Shown here: piece after piece, positions 1-9,059 of the stretch | How the letters are laid out: the number at the start of each line of letters is the position of its first letter | Position numbering within the stretch: position 1 is the stretch's first letter | DNA from: an uncultured Eubacteriales bacterium | Lineage (GTDB): Bacteria > Acidobacteriota > Aminicenantia > Aminicenantales > Saccharicenantaceae | Length of the DNA: 64,000 nucleotides | NCBI GenBank assembly: GCA_964525875.1 | Contig: CAZGJS010000010.1 | Span: forward strand, 38,168-102,167 | Reading direction: 5' to 3' | Translations under genes and position numbers: made by a program | Notes under the pieces: model-generated | What the model saw: only the letters and a program-made list of their open reading frames with translations | Told to the model about the DNA's origin: nothing | Database searches by the model: none

Positions 1-426
1 CGAGGGGAAGGAATACCAGGCCTTCCAGATGGGCGAGCCCATGAATCCGTTGACGACGTAACAACCCATGTTGCGGGCGGCCCGGGCCGTGGCCTTCATC
101 TCTTCGATGGCCCACTTGCGCAGGGCTTCCGGCTTGCCCTTGACGGTGTCGGGGGCGAAGCCGTCGAGCCGGGGGTCGTACTCGTCGCCAACGCACTGGC
201 CGGCGAGATGCGCGCCGAGGGCCCAGCACTTGAGGCCGTGCTTTTCGAGGACGCGTTTTTTCTCGCGGACGTAGGCGGGGTCGGCAGCGGCCTTGCGGAC
301 GTCCATGTGGTCGCCCCAGCAGGCAACCTCAAGGCCGTCGTATCCCCACTCGCCCGCTTTCTTGCAGACCTCTTCGAAGGGCAGGTCGGCCCACTGGCCG
401 GTGAATAGCGTTACGGGTCTGGGCAT
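1..426 (-). CDS. Sugar phosphate isomerase/epimerase (xylose isomerase-like TIM barrel), runs off the window edge
   Basis: Manual translation from ATG 426 (GGAGG SD): MPRPVTLFTGQWADLPFEEVCKKAGEWGYDGLEVACWGDH..., a typical AP-endonuclease-2/IolE-like N-terminus. Not in the ORF track because it is truncated. Confidence 0.85.
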   Translation of the reverse strand, partial: MPRPVTLFTGQWADLPFEEVCKKAGEWGYDGLEVACWGDHMDVRKAAADPAYVREKKRVLEKHGLKCWALGAHLAGQCVGDEYDPRLDGFAPDTVKGKPEALRKWAIEEMKATARAARNMGCYVVNGFMGSPIWKAWYSFPS

Positions 427-458
427 TTATCCCTCCATAATCCATGATCGCGATAAAC

Positions 459-539
459 GGGGACACGAACCGAGTGGGGACATGTTCCGAATTTTCTGGA
501 ATTCGGTACGTGTCCCCATGTCCTCACGGATCATGTCCC
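459..539. repeat. Nested GGGGACA...TGTCCCC palindrome (REP-like family A)
   Basis: Inner arms tggggacatgttccgaatt (475-493) / aattcggtacgtgtcccca (500-518). Outer arms gggacacgaaccgag / cacggatcatgtccc. Same motif at 33868 and 36715. Confidence 0.8.
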
Positions 540-546
540 TATTTTC

Positions 547-1722
547 CTAATCCAGGTTCATCCAGACGGCGCCTCTTGCCGAGCTTTCGACACACTTCTC
601 GATGTACCTAACGCCCTGGACGCCTTCCTCGACGCCGGGGAAGTCGAGGTCGTCAGCAGTGAGCGCCTCGCCCCGGAGCTTCTTGGCCAGGGCGGTGATG
701 AAGGTCGAGTAGATGTTGGCGAAGCCTTCGAAATAACCTTCCGGATGGCCCGACGGGAGGCGCGAGAGAGTCTGGGCCCGCGGCGACATCGGGTCGCGGC
801 CGCGGGAGATGGTCCCGGTCGGCCGGTCGAGGAACGAGACGCGGGCGGTGTTCGGCGTCTCCTGGAACCACTCGACGGCGCCCTTGGTCCCGTAAATGCG
901 GAGGCGGAGGGCGTTGTCGTGGCCGAGGGCGACTTGGGAGCTCCAGTAGACGCCCTTGGCCCCGCCCTTGTAGTTGACCATGACCGTGGCGTTGTCGTCG
1001 AGGGGGCGGCCGGCGCCGAACCGGTCCAGTCGGGCGCAGAGCGATTCGACGGCGAGCCCGGTCATGTGGCCGGCCATGAACTCGATGTGACTGCCGATGT
1101 CGCCGACGCAGTTGGAGATGCCGGCGAGCTTGGGGTCGGTCCGCCAGGCGGCTTGTTTTTGGCCCGTGTCCTCGAGCTTTGTCGCCAGCCATTCCTGAGG
1201 GTACTCGCCGTTGACGAAGCGGATCTCGCCGATCTCGCCCCGGGCGATAATGTCCCGGATGTGTTTGACCATGGGGTAGCCCGAGTAGGCGTAGGTGACG
1301 CAGAAGAGAAGGCCTTTTTCGCGGACGAGGCGGGCCAGGTCGGCGGCGTCACTGGAGTTCGTGGCCAGGGGTTTTTCGCAGACGACGGCGAAACCGTGGT
1401 CGAGGGCCAGCTTCGCCGCGGCGTAATGGGCGCTGTTGGGGGTGACGATGCTGACGAAGTCGGGCCGGTCGGCGCGTTCGGCCTCGGCCCGGATCATGTC
1501 TTCGAACGTCCGGTAGAGGCGCTCCTGTGGAAGCGCGAGGGATTCGCCGGTGGCCAGGGTGTTATCGTAGCTCTGGGAGAAGGCGCCGCAGACGATCTCC
1601 GCCTTGCCGTCCATGGCGACGGCCTTGCGGTGGACGTCGCCGATGAAAGCGCCTTGGCCGCCGCCGACCATGCCGTAGCGCAGCTTCGGCGTTTTTGTTC
1701 CCGACGCCTGTCCTTCTATCAT
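547..1722 (-). CDS. Gfo/Idh/MocA family oxidoreductase (cytoplasmic)
   Basis: LRYGMVGGGQGAFIG Rossmann motif, CEKP, GDIGSH, LPSGHPEGY. Start trimmed to ATG 1722 after a GGAGG SD. Confidence 0.9.
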   Translation of the reverse strand: MIEGQASGTKTPKLRYGMVGGGQGAFIGDVHRKAVAMDGKAEIVCGAFSQSYDNTLATGESLALPQERLYRTFEDMIRAEAERADRPDFVSIVTPNSAHYAAAKLALDHGFAVVCEKPLATNSSDAADLARLVREKGLLFCVTYAYSGYPMVKHIRDIIARGEIGEIRFVNGEYPQEWLATKLEDTGQKQAAWRTDPKLAGISNCVGDIGSHIEFMAGHMTGLAVESLCARLDRFGAGRPLDDNATVMVNYKGGAKGVYWSSQVALGHDNALRLRIYGTKGAVEWFQETPNTARVSFLDRPTGTISRGRDPMSPRAQTLSRLPSGHPEGYFEGFANIYSTFITALAKKLRGEALTADDLDFPGVEEGVQGVRYIEKCVESSARGAVWMNLD

Positions 1723-1780
1723 GCCGTTCCTCCCATCAAGAAGGGCTCGAGCCTGCTTTTTACGCACTTATCAACACCAT

Positions 1781-1860
1781 TCAGATATTTCCCAGAAATG
1801 CGGCTCCGAGCCACTCCGCCGCGTTTCTGTTGGTCGCTTCTCAGAATCCGCTCCCGGCCG
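1781..1860. repeat. 80-nt hairpin module (family E), second copy at 46700-46779
   Basis: 73/80 identical by manual alignment. Central stem cagaaRtgcggc/gccgcRYttctg. Directly followed by the family C half-site gtaggtttgacccc (1860-1873). Confidence 0.85.
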
Positions 1861-1875
1861 TAGGTTTGACCCCCT

Positions 1876-3882
1876 CTAGGGCGTGCGGCGGCCGAGTGCC
1901 TGGCGGATGCGGTCGGCAGCGAGCTTGGCTTCTTCAGCGACGGCTGAGTCGGCCAGGAGCGATTGGGCCGTCTTCAGCCCCGAAACGCAGGGAAAACGGA
2001 CGAGCATGCCCAGGATGAGCTTCTTCTCTTCCACCCGAGGGGCGACTGCCAGGGCGCGCAGGAGGTCCGCGACGGCCCCGTCGGGAGCCCGGTAGGGCTC
2101 GAGGCCGATCATCCGGACGAAAGCCCGGATGGAAAGAACACGGTGATTGAGGGCGAGCGACGACCGTGCGATTTCGTAGAGGTCGTCCCGGGCCATGCCG
2201 GTCGGCCAATCGACCAGGGCGCGAACGGCCGCGTCGACCACGCCTTCGTCCTTGTCAGAAAGAGCGCTCCGGATGAGGGCCAGGCCGGTGTCGTCGCCGA
2301 TTTTCCCCAGGACGCGGAGGAGGTCCGCCCTTTTCTTAGGGTCTTTTTCCGAGGCCAGGAGGGCCTTGACGGCCCCGGCGCGGCTGAGTTCCCTCGGGTT
2401 GGTGCGGGCGATTGCGGCGACCGTGTCCTGCATCGACTCCCGGGCGGTTTCGTCTTCGAGGCCGAGAAGCAGCCCGAGAAGGCCGGGAATGTCCGCCGTC
2501 CCGGCGAGATCGCGGAGCGCGGCCGCCGCCTTAGCCTTGAGCAGGGGCGAAGCGGACTTGACCATGTCCATGAGCGCGGGTTTGGCGCCGGCGATGCGGC
2601 GTGCGCCCGCCGCTCGGACGAGCTCGGCCTTGACCGCGTCGTCGGTCATCTTTACAAAATGGGCGAGGATCGCCGGGTCGACGTCCGAGCCTCTGAGCAG
2701 GGCCAAGGTCTCTCGCGCGGCGTCCTGCTCGGCGCCGGAGGTCCTGGCGGCTTTGGTCGCCAGGAAGGCGACCGATTTCGCTCCGCCGGCCTTGCCGAGG
2801 GAGCGGAGCGCGGCCAGTCTCACATCGAGGGACGGATTTTCTGCGGCCGAGAGGAGATAGGGGCCGACGGCGTCGGCGGGGTAACCGCCCAGGACGGCCG
2901 TAAGCTGGATCCTGGCGTCTTCGGGTAGACGGGAGAGGAGATCGGCGACCCGCCCGATCTCTGCCGCGCGGAAATTCCCTGGGACCATGGCGATGGCCGG
3001 GGCGAAGAGGAAGGCGTCCCTTCCGGCCAGGGCCTTCAGGATGAGTTCTTTCCCCCTATCGCCGGCCGCTTCGATCTTCCCCTTGAACGCGGCCTGCCGC
3101 ATGACCGGGGGAAGATCCGCGGCGAAGAGCTTGTCGTAGATAGCCGCGGCCCCCGGGTCATTTTTGGCCGCGAGGAGAAGGGCCGATGCCGCTTCGAGCT
3201 TGAGCTGAAGACCGGCCTTGCCGAGCACCGCGGTGAGGGCCCGGCCGGCATCCGGGCCGCCGACCTTCCCTAGGGCCTTGACGGCGTCGGCGGCTAGATT
3301 GGCGTCTTTGCCACCAGCCAGCCGTTCGAGCGCGGGGATCGCGGCGGCCGACTCCCGTTCCCCGAGCGAGAAAATGATTCCGCGTTTCACCGCGCCCTGG
3401 GATTTGACCAATGCGGCGAGAAGCGCCTGGTCGGCCTCGCTTCCCGGGATCCTTTCGAGGGCGAAGCGGGCCGCGTCCGTCGTCTCCGGCTTGAGGACGA
3501 GCCCTGCGAGCATGGGGACCGAATCCGGGCCGCCGATAAGCCGCAGCGCCCGGCACGCCGCCATCAAACCGCCCGGCGCGGGCGAGCCCTGGATGAACCG
3601 GAGCAACGCGGCTTCGGTTTCCCGGCGGGCCTGAGGGTCGTCCTTGTGGGCGAAGACATAGGCCCGAAGTCCGAGGGGCGCGCCCACCCCCTGGTCGAAC
3701 TGGTAGTTCGCGAGGTCCCTGAGAATGGCGGCCAACGAATCATAGGTCAGGGACATACCGATCTGGGGCCGTTGCTGGGCCGTTCCCATCGGAGCGAGAA
3801 TGCCAAGGCCAAAAAAAGCGGCCAGAGCGATCCCGCCGATTCTCCTGCCGAAGCCTTCATGGTGTGTCAGGGGAGTTCTCAT
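1876..3882 (-). CDS. HEAT/PBS-lyase repeat protein with N-terminal signal peptide
   Basis: True start MRTPLTHH at 3882 (GGAGG SD). Hydrophobic signal followed by repeated AA..ALG..G helical units (e.g. VRLAALRSLGKAG, VVDAAVRAL). Confidence 0.85.
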   Translation of the reverse strand: MRTPLTHHEGFGRRIGGIALAAFFGLGILAPMGTAQQRPQIGMSLTYDSLAAILRDLANYQFDQGVGAPLGLRAYVFAHKDDPQARRETEAALLRFIQGSPAPGGLMAACRALRLIGGPDSVPMLAGLVLKPETTDAARFALERIPGSEADQALLAALVKSQGAVKRGIIFSLGERESAAAIPALERLAGGKDANLAADAVKALGKVGGPDAGRALTAVLGKAGLQLKLEAASALLLAAKNDPGAAAIYDKLFAADLPPVMRQAAFKGKIEAAGDRGKELILKALAGRDAFLFAPAIAMVPGNFRAAEIGRVADLLSRLPEDARIQLTAVLGGYPADAVGPYLLSAAENPSLDVRLAALRSLGKAGGAKSVAFLATKAARTSGAEQDAARETLALLRGSDVDPAILAHFVKMTDDAVKAELVRAAGARRIAGAKPALMDMVKSASPLLKAKAAAALRDLAGTADIPGLLGLLLGLEDETARESMQDTVAAIARTNPRELSRAGAVKALLASEKDPKKRADLLRVLGKIGDDTGLALIRSALSDKDEGVVDAAVRALVDWPTGMARDDLYEIARSSLALNHRVLSIRAFVRMIGLEPYRAPDGAVADLLRALAVAPRVEEKKLILGMLVRFPCVSGLKTAQSLLADSAVAEEAKLAADRIRQALGRRTP

Positions 3883-3893
3883 GGGTCTCCTCC

Positions 3894-5228
3894 CTATTCC
3901 GGCAGCTGCCAGGGTTTGCGGTACGAGTGGCCGAGGAGCCGTTCCGCCTCGGGGTCGCCGATGATGGTCTCGGCGGCCGGGTCCCACTTGATCTTCCGCC
4001 CGACTTCCATAGCGATGACCCCGAGATGGCCGACGCTCGCCGAGCGGTGGGCCGTCTCGGCCGGGGTGATCGTCTTGGCCCGGCTGCGGACGCAGTCGAG
4101 GAAATTCTGGTAGTGGTCGCGGCTCTTGTAGAGGCGCGTCTCCTCGGGACCGATGACCTCGCGTTTCAGGCTTTCGGGCTCGGTCATGAACTCGCCCCGG
4201 TCGACCCAGACCCAGCCGTGTTCGCCGATCCACTTCGTGCCGCCCCAGATCTCGTCGTGGCCGCCGGCCAGGACCATGGGCGTCCCGTCGGCGTACTTGG
4301 CCTTGACATAGTAGCGGGTCGGGCTGTTGTAGATGCCCGACGTCGGGAACTCGCCGGTCGCTTCGATCTCGACGGGGCCGGTCTCGTCCCAGCCCATGCC
4401 CCAGTGGGCGATGTCGAGGTGATGGCCGATCCAGTCCATGTACTGGCCGCCGCCGAAGTCCATGTTCCAGCGCCAGTTCATGTGGACGCGGGCCTTGCAG
4501 TAAGGCCACCAGGGCGCGGGCCCGACCCAGAACTCGTAATCGAGGTTCGGCGGCGGGGCGACGAGTGCCTCCTGGCCGAAGGTCCGGGCGAAATCGTAGT
4601 GTCCCGAGGGGAGTCCGATCTCGATCCTCTTGACCCTGCCGATGCGGCCGTTGCGGACGAGCTCTGAGGCCTGGTGGAAGTTCTCGACGGAGCGCTGCCA
4701 GGAACCGGTTTGCCAGACGCGGCCGTAGCGCTCGACGGCGTCGCAAAGGGCCCGGCCCTCGCGCAGGTTGTGGGTCAGCGGCTTTTCGCCGTAGACGTCG
4801 AGGCCTGCCCTCAGCGCGGAGATGGCCAGGATGGCGTGCCAGTGATCGGGAACCGCGATGGAAACGGCGTCGAGGTCCTTGCGGAGGAACAGCTCGCGGA
4901 AGTCGTGGTAGGTCGCGCAAGACTTTTTGCCGTACTTCTTGTCGACCATATCGCGGGCCATGGCCAGCGGCTCCTTGTCGATGTCGCAGACGGCGACCCA
5001 CTGGACCTCGTTTTTCTCGAGAAAGTTCGACATGTTGCCCGGGCCCATCATGCCGAAACCGATGCCGGCCATGACGATCCGGTTGGACGGCGCGACGGCC
5101 CCGTCCTTGCCCAGGGCCGAGGCCTTGACGATCGTCGGGAAACCGGCGATGGCGGCGCCTCCGGCCACGGCGACAGTCTTGAGGAAATGTCTCCGGTTCA
5201 TTTTCTTATTCTTCTTTTGATCCTTCAT
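3894..5228 (-). CDS. Tat-exported Gfo/Idh/MocA oxidoreductase
   Basis: MNRRHFLK twin-arginine signal, AVPDHWH, YGEKPL, QTGSWQRS, DWIGHHLD. Confidence 0.92.
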   Translation of the reverse strand: MKDQKKNKKMNRRHFLKTVAVAGGAAIAGFPTIVKASALGKDGAVAPSNRIVMAGIGFGMMGPGNMSNFLEKNEVQWVAVCDIDKEPLAMARDMVDKKYGKKSCATYHDFRELFLRKDLDAVSIAVPDHWHAILAISALRAGLDVYGEKPLTHNLREGRALCDAVERYGRVWQTGSWQRSVENFHQASELVRNGRIGRVKRIEIGLPSGHYDFARTFGQEALVAPPPNLDYEFWVGPAPWWPYCKARVHMNWRWNMDFGGGQYMDWIGHHLDIAHWGMGWDETGPVEIEATGEFPTSGIYNSPTRYYVKAKYADGTPMVLAGGHDEIWGGTKWIGEHGWVWVDRGEFMTEPESLKREVIGPEETRLYKSRDHYQNFLDCVRSRAKTITPAETAHRSASVGHLGVIAMEVGRKIKWDPAAETIIGDPEAERLLGHSYRKPWQLPE

Positions 5229-5332
5229 GCGGCTTCCTCAGTCGTGCTCAATATTTTGGCCCAAAAAGAGAGGTGACAGACTGCAGGCGTCCTCGTCGCC
5301 GCTGAAAGCGAGCTGTCACATTCATCTGCGCT

Positions 5333-6625
5333 TCAGACGAGCTGCGTTTGCCCCGGGACGGCGACCGGATCGACCGGGTTCGGGCCGAACCCGAATTTAG
5401 CCGGCGTCAGGTCGAGCTTGGAGGCGTTCATCGCCCAATCCCAGGAGATGGCCCGGCCGGTGTAGGCGCTCATGCGACCCATGATGGCGCAGAGCGTGCT
5501 TTCGGCGACCCTCCTGCCTTCGTTGAGGGGCTTGCCGTCCCGGATGCCGGCGATGAGGTCGGCGTGCTCGACGACGTAGGGGTTGGGCTCGTCCCCCTCG
5601 AGCTTCCATGCGTTCGGGCCGGAGATCTCGCCGTAGCCGAAGGCGTGGCCCTTCGTCCCCACGATCTTCTCCTCGACGCGGTCGGCGCAGCCCGGGGTCT
5701 GGCGGCACATGCTCATGACGCGGGCGCCGTTCGGGTACTCGAACTCGACGGCGAAGTGGTCGAAGATGTTGCCGTATTCGGGGGCCGTCCGGACCTGCCG
5801 GCCGCCCATGCCCATGACCTTGACCGGCGTCGCGCCGAAGGCCCAGTTGACGACGTCGATGTTGTGGACGTGCTGCTCGACGATGTGGTCGCCCGACGTC
5901 CAGGAGAAATAGAGCCAGTTCCGGCACTGCCATTCCATGTCGCTCATTTCGGGCGTTTGTTTGATGACCCAGAGCTCGCCCTGGTTCCAGTAGCACTGGC
6001 CGCCGACGATCTCGCCGATGGCCCCGTCGTGGATGCGCTTCATGAGCTCGAGGTAGCTCGCCTGGTGACGGCGCTGGGTGCCGGCCACGATGGCCAGGCC
6101 TTTCTTCGCCGCGAGTTCCGAGCTGGCGATGACGGACCGGATACCGACCGGATCGACGGCCACCGGCTTTTCCATGAAGACGTGCTTGCCTGCCTCGACG
6201 GCGGCCTTGAGATGGATGGGCCGGAACCCCGGGGGGGCGGCCATGACGATATAATTGATGTCCTTGATCGCGAGCAGCTTCTTGTAGCCGTCGAACCCGG
6301 TGAAGCAGGTCTCGGGCGTGACCTTGACCGCGGCCGGGACCTTCTCGAGGAGGGTCTTGAGGGATTTGTCGACGCGGTCCTGGAACGGGTCGAAGAGGGC
6401 CAGGATCTCGACCCCGGGTGCGGAGTTCACGGCGTCGATGGCCGCGCCGGTGCCCCGCCCACCGCAGCCGATGACCCCGACGTGGATCGCGTCCGACCCG
6501 CCGGCGCAACGCCCGCTGGACCCCGCGACGGCCGCCGCGAGCGTGGCCATGGAGGCGACGGACGTCGTCTTGATGAAGTCCCGCCTGGTCATGCCGAAGA
6601 TGGTGTCTTTTTTTTCGTTGGTCAT
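5333..6625 (-). CDS. Tat-exported Gfo/Idh/MocA oxidoreductase
   Basis: MTRRDFIK signal, VGVIGCGGRG, FMEKPVA, GTQRRH, GDHIVEQHVHNID. Confidence 0.92.
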   Translation of the reverse strand: MTNEKKDTIFGMTRRDFIKTTSVASMATLAAAVAGSSGRCAGGSDAIHVGVIGCGGRGTGAAIDAVNSAPGVEILALFDPFQDRVDKSLKTLLEKVPAAVKVTPETCFTGFDGYKKLLAIKDINYIVMAAPPGFRPIHLKAAVEAGKHVFMEKPVAVDPVGIRSVIASSELAAKKGLAIVAGTQRRHQASYLELMKRIHDGAIGEIVGGQCYWNQGELWVIKQTPEMSDMEWQCRNWLYFSWTSGDHIVEQHVHNIDVVNWAFGATPVKVMGMGGRQVRTAPEYGNIFDHFAVEFEYPNGARVMSMCRQTPGCADRVEEKIVGTKGHAFGYGEISGPNAWKLEGDEPNPYVVEHADLIAGIRDGKPLNEGRRVAESTLCAIMGRMSAYTGRAISWDWAMNASKLDLTPAKFGFGPNPVDPVAVPGQTQLV

Positions 6626-6644
6626 GTTCTCTCCTCTCTTTGAT

Positions 6645-7583
6645 TTAGAATGCGTCGGCGGCGCGGTAGGCCTCGAGAAGGGCCTTCTCACCCTCGAGGC
6701 CGGCCTTGCTCTTGCCGTGTTCGAGGCAGAGGACCCCCTGGTAGCCCTTGCCGTGGATGTGCTTGAAGATATTCCGGTAGTTCATCTCGCCCGTGCCCGG
6801 CTCCTTCCGTCCCGGCGAATCGCCGACGTGGAAGGCCGCGAGCTCGTCCCAACAGGCGTCGATGTTGGGGATGATGTTACCCTCGGTGATCTGCTGATGG
6901 TACATGTCGTCGAGGATCTTGACGGAGGGGCTCCCGACGGCGCGGCAGATCTGGTAGGTCTGGGCCATCTTGGTCAGGAAGAGGCCGGGGTGGTCTTTCG
7001 GGTTGAGCGGTTCGAGGACGATGATGAGGCCCGACGGCTCGCACAGCCCGGCGAACCGCTTGAGGTTCTCGACGACGTTGGCCGTCTGGTAGTCCCAGTC
7101 GAGGCTCTCGTCGAAGCGGCCGGGGACGGCCAGGGCCCACTTGCAGCCGGTCCGCCGGCCCGTTTCGACGGCCGTCTTGAACCGCCCGGCGAGCATGTCG
7201 CGGACGGCCGCGTCCCGTATGACGAAGGACTTGACCTTGAAGTCGGCGTAGACGACGAAAGGGCCGATGGTCAGGCCGAGGCGGGACGATTCCTCGGCCA
7301 GGGCCTCCTGCTCGGCCGGCGGCCGGCCCATCAGGCCGTTGTCGAACCAGGCCTTGAAGCCCTGGTCGGCGATGAACTTGAGCTGATCGGCGGGAGCTTT
7401 CCCGGCGCTGGCCTCGAACATCCCTAGACTCGGGGCGTACTTGAGCTTGAAGCCGCCGCCGGCGGCCGCCGCGGACGCGGCCCGGCCGGACCCGCGAAGC
7501 GGCGACATAGATACGGCCGCCGCCCCCATGGCCGCGGTCTTGAGGAAACCTCTCCGTGTCGAGCGGTTGTCTCGATCCCCCAT
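6645..7583 (-). CDS. Tat-exported hydroxypyruvate isomerase-like TIM-barrel protein
   Basis: STRRGFLK signal, LEPLN..DHPG, DMYHQQITEGN, PGRKEPGTGEMNY. Confidence 0.9.
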   Translation of the reverse strand: MGDRDNRSTRRGFLKTAAMGAAAVSMSPLRGSGRAASAAAAGGGFKLKYAPSLGMFEASAGKAPADQLKFIADQGFKAWFDNGLMGRPPAEQEALAEESSRLGLTIGPFVVYADFKVKSFVIRDAAVRDMLAGRFKTAVETGRRTGCKWALAVPGRFDESLDWDYQTANVVENLKRFAGLCEPSGLIIVLEPLNPKDHPGLFLTKMAQTYQICRAVGSPSVKILDDMYHQQITEGNIIPNIDACWDELAAFHVGDSPGRKEPGTGEMNYRNIFKHIHGKGYQGVLCLEHGKSKAGLEGEKALLEAYRAADAF

Positions 7584-7777
7584 GGACACCCTCCTCACCG
7601 GAATTCCGGGGCGGCGAAAGGACGGACCCCGAGAACGAGATCAATCAAGAAGAGAGCGACAAGCCCCCGACGGGTAGGAACGGAGTTCTCGGAGGGTTCT
7701 TTGCGCGCCCACGACATTGAGATTCTATTAAAAGGAGAGGGCTAATTCAATCCCCTTCGCGGGATTCCACGGATATA

Positions 7778-8889
7778 TTACGGGGAGCGATAAATTGATT
7801 GCATTCAAGAGGCATAACGGACGCTCTCGTGCTTGAAGTAGTTCATCACGATTTGGGGTCGTCGTTGACGACCGCGGAGATAACCGGAGACGTTTTTTCT
7901 CATCGTTACGACATCGGGAGGCCGGCGGCGGCCCACCGCGTTGCTTTTGACGTCCTGGTTCAGATACTCGTCCGGGTTCAAGTCCGGCCGGTAGCCCGGA
8001 AGATAAAACAATCTCACCCGTCGCCCTTTCGTTCCCAGCCACTGCTTCACCGCTCCCGCCCGGTGGACGGGATGACGATCCACGATGAGATAAATCCGGC
8101 CCGGCACTTGCCGCTCCAACCGTCTCAAAAAATCGATGAACACCCGGGCCCGAAATCTCTCGTTCAAAACCATGAAATACAACTTGCCGCGGTTCGTGAT
8201 CGCCGAAATCATGCTGCAGCCAAACCGCTGTCCCGTCCCCGGGATCACCGGCGTTTGCCCTTTCAACCCCCAACTCGTCCCCGTGGCATGGTCGGACCGA
8301 AGTCCCATCTCGTCTCCCCAGTAAATCTCCGCCTTAGCCCTCCGGGCCAGGGCTCGGATCAGCGGATATTCCTCCTCCAACCAGCGCTGGGCCGCTTCTG
8401 GGTCCGCTTCGAAGGCCCGCCGGATCGGCTCCTGGGGCGTAAACCCCCATTCCTTCAAGTACCGCCCCACCGTCCAGACCGAAAGACGCGTCCCATAACG
8501 CTTTTCAATCAAACGTCCCACCGCCTCTCTCGTCCACAGGTAAAAAGGCAGTCTCAACTGATCGGGAGGCTTGTTGGAGATCGCTCGCGCGATCACCTTT
8601 GCCTGACGGGGCGGAAGAGTTTTTCCTTTGGGCCGACCTTGTGGCTTCGCGGCCAAAACATCGAGGCTTCTGTTCCCGGCTTTTTTGACCCAGGCACCTA
8701 TGGTCTGCCGCGTGACACCGAATATCCGGGCTGCTTCCAGCTGGGTCATCCCAGCCCGAACAGCCTGAACCGCCCGCCGACGGATTTGCTCCTGGGCGGC
8801 CGGAGGCAACGATCTGGCATCCTTGTTCTTCATGAAGACAGTCTATCATATCAAATCCCATATTGCAAGCTATTTATTGCACTGATTAA
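7778..8889 (-). mobile_element. IS630-family insertion sequence
   Basis: TA target duplication (7776-7777, 8890-8891). Imperfect terminal IRs TTA-N6-GCRATAAAT-N4-TTGCA. Lower GC than the flanks. Confidence 0.88.
7805..8833 (-). CDS. IS630 family transposase (single ORF)
   Basis: N-terminal HTH, then DDE motifs YWGDEMG, LIVDRHPVH, LPGYRPDLNPDEYLN. Confidence 0.95.
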   Translation of the reverse strand: MKNKDARSLPPAAQEQIRRRAVQAVRAGMTQLEAARIFGVTRQTIGAWVKKAGNRSLDVLAAKPQGRPKGKTLPPRQAKVIARAISNKPPDQLRLPFYLWTREAVGRLIEKRYGTRLSVWTVGRYLKEWGFTPQEPIRRAFEADPEAAQRWLEEEYPLIRALARRAKAEIYWGDEMGLRSDHATGTSWGLKGQTPVIPGTGQRFGCSMISAITNRGKLYFMVLNERFRARVFIDFLRRLERQVPGRIYLIVDRHPVHRAGAVKQWLGTKGRRVRLFYLPGYRPDLNPDEYLNQDVKSNAVGRRRPPDVVTMRKNVSGYLRGRQRRPQIVMNYFKHESVRYAS

Positions 8890-9011
8890 TAAGTCCGTGG
8901 AGGAATAGCGAATTCCCCGCTTCGGGGACAGGCGCTCCAACGCCTGCAGTCCAAGAGATCCCACGGACGTAGGTCCGTGGAGCTTCAGCCGCGATGAAAA
9001 AAATGGGGGAT

Positions 9012-9040
9012 TTGACCCGAGCCGGGGCATGGTTTACACT
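9012..9040 (+). promoter_or_regulatory. Putative sigma70 promoter of the lipocalin gene
   Basis: TTGACC-N17-TACACT, 19 nt upstream of ATG 9060. Confidence 0.5.
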
Positions 9041-9059
9041 GGAGAGGAGAGAGGCACCC

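Larger units (their letters stand above)
7756..8986. mobile_element. Putative non-autonomous IS200/IS605-like hairpin element, interrupted by IS630
   Basis: Removing IS630 rejoins tccacgga-tataag-tccgtgga. A second hairpin ccacggac-gtag-gtccgtgg lies at 8961-8980. Both resemble IS200/IS605 subterminal hairpins. Confidence 0.55.

Noticed and set aside
1876-5001. 1041-aa ORF as one protein
   Set aside because: The first ~370 codons are an off-frame shadow of the Gfo gene. The real HEAT protein starts at 3882 with its own SD and signal peptide.
5273-5319. gtgacag...ctgtcac inverted repeat between two Gfo genes
   Set aside because: Only 7-bp arms and a single copy in the window. It could be another REP-like family but is unsupported.
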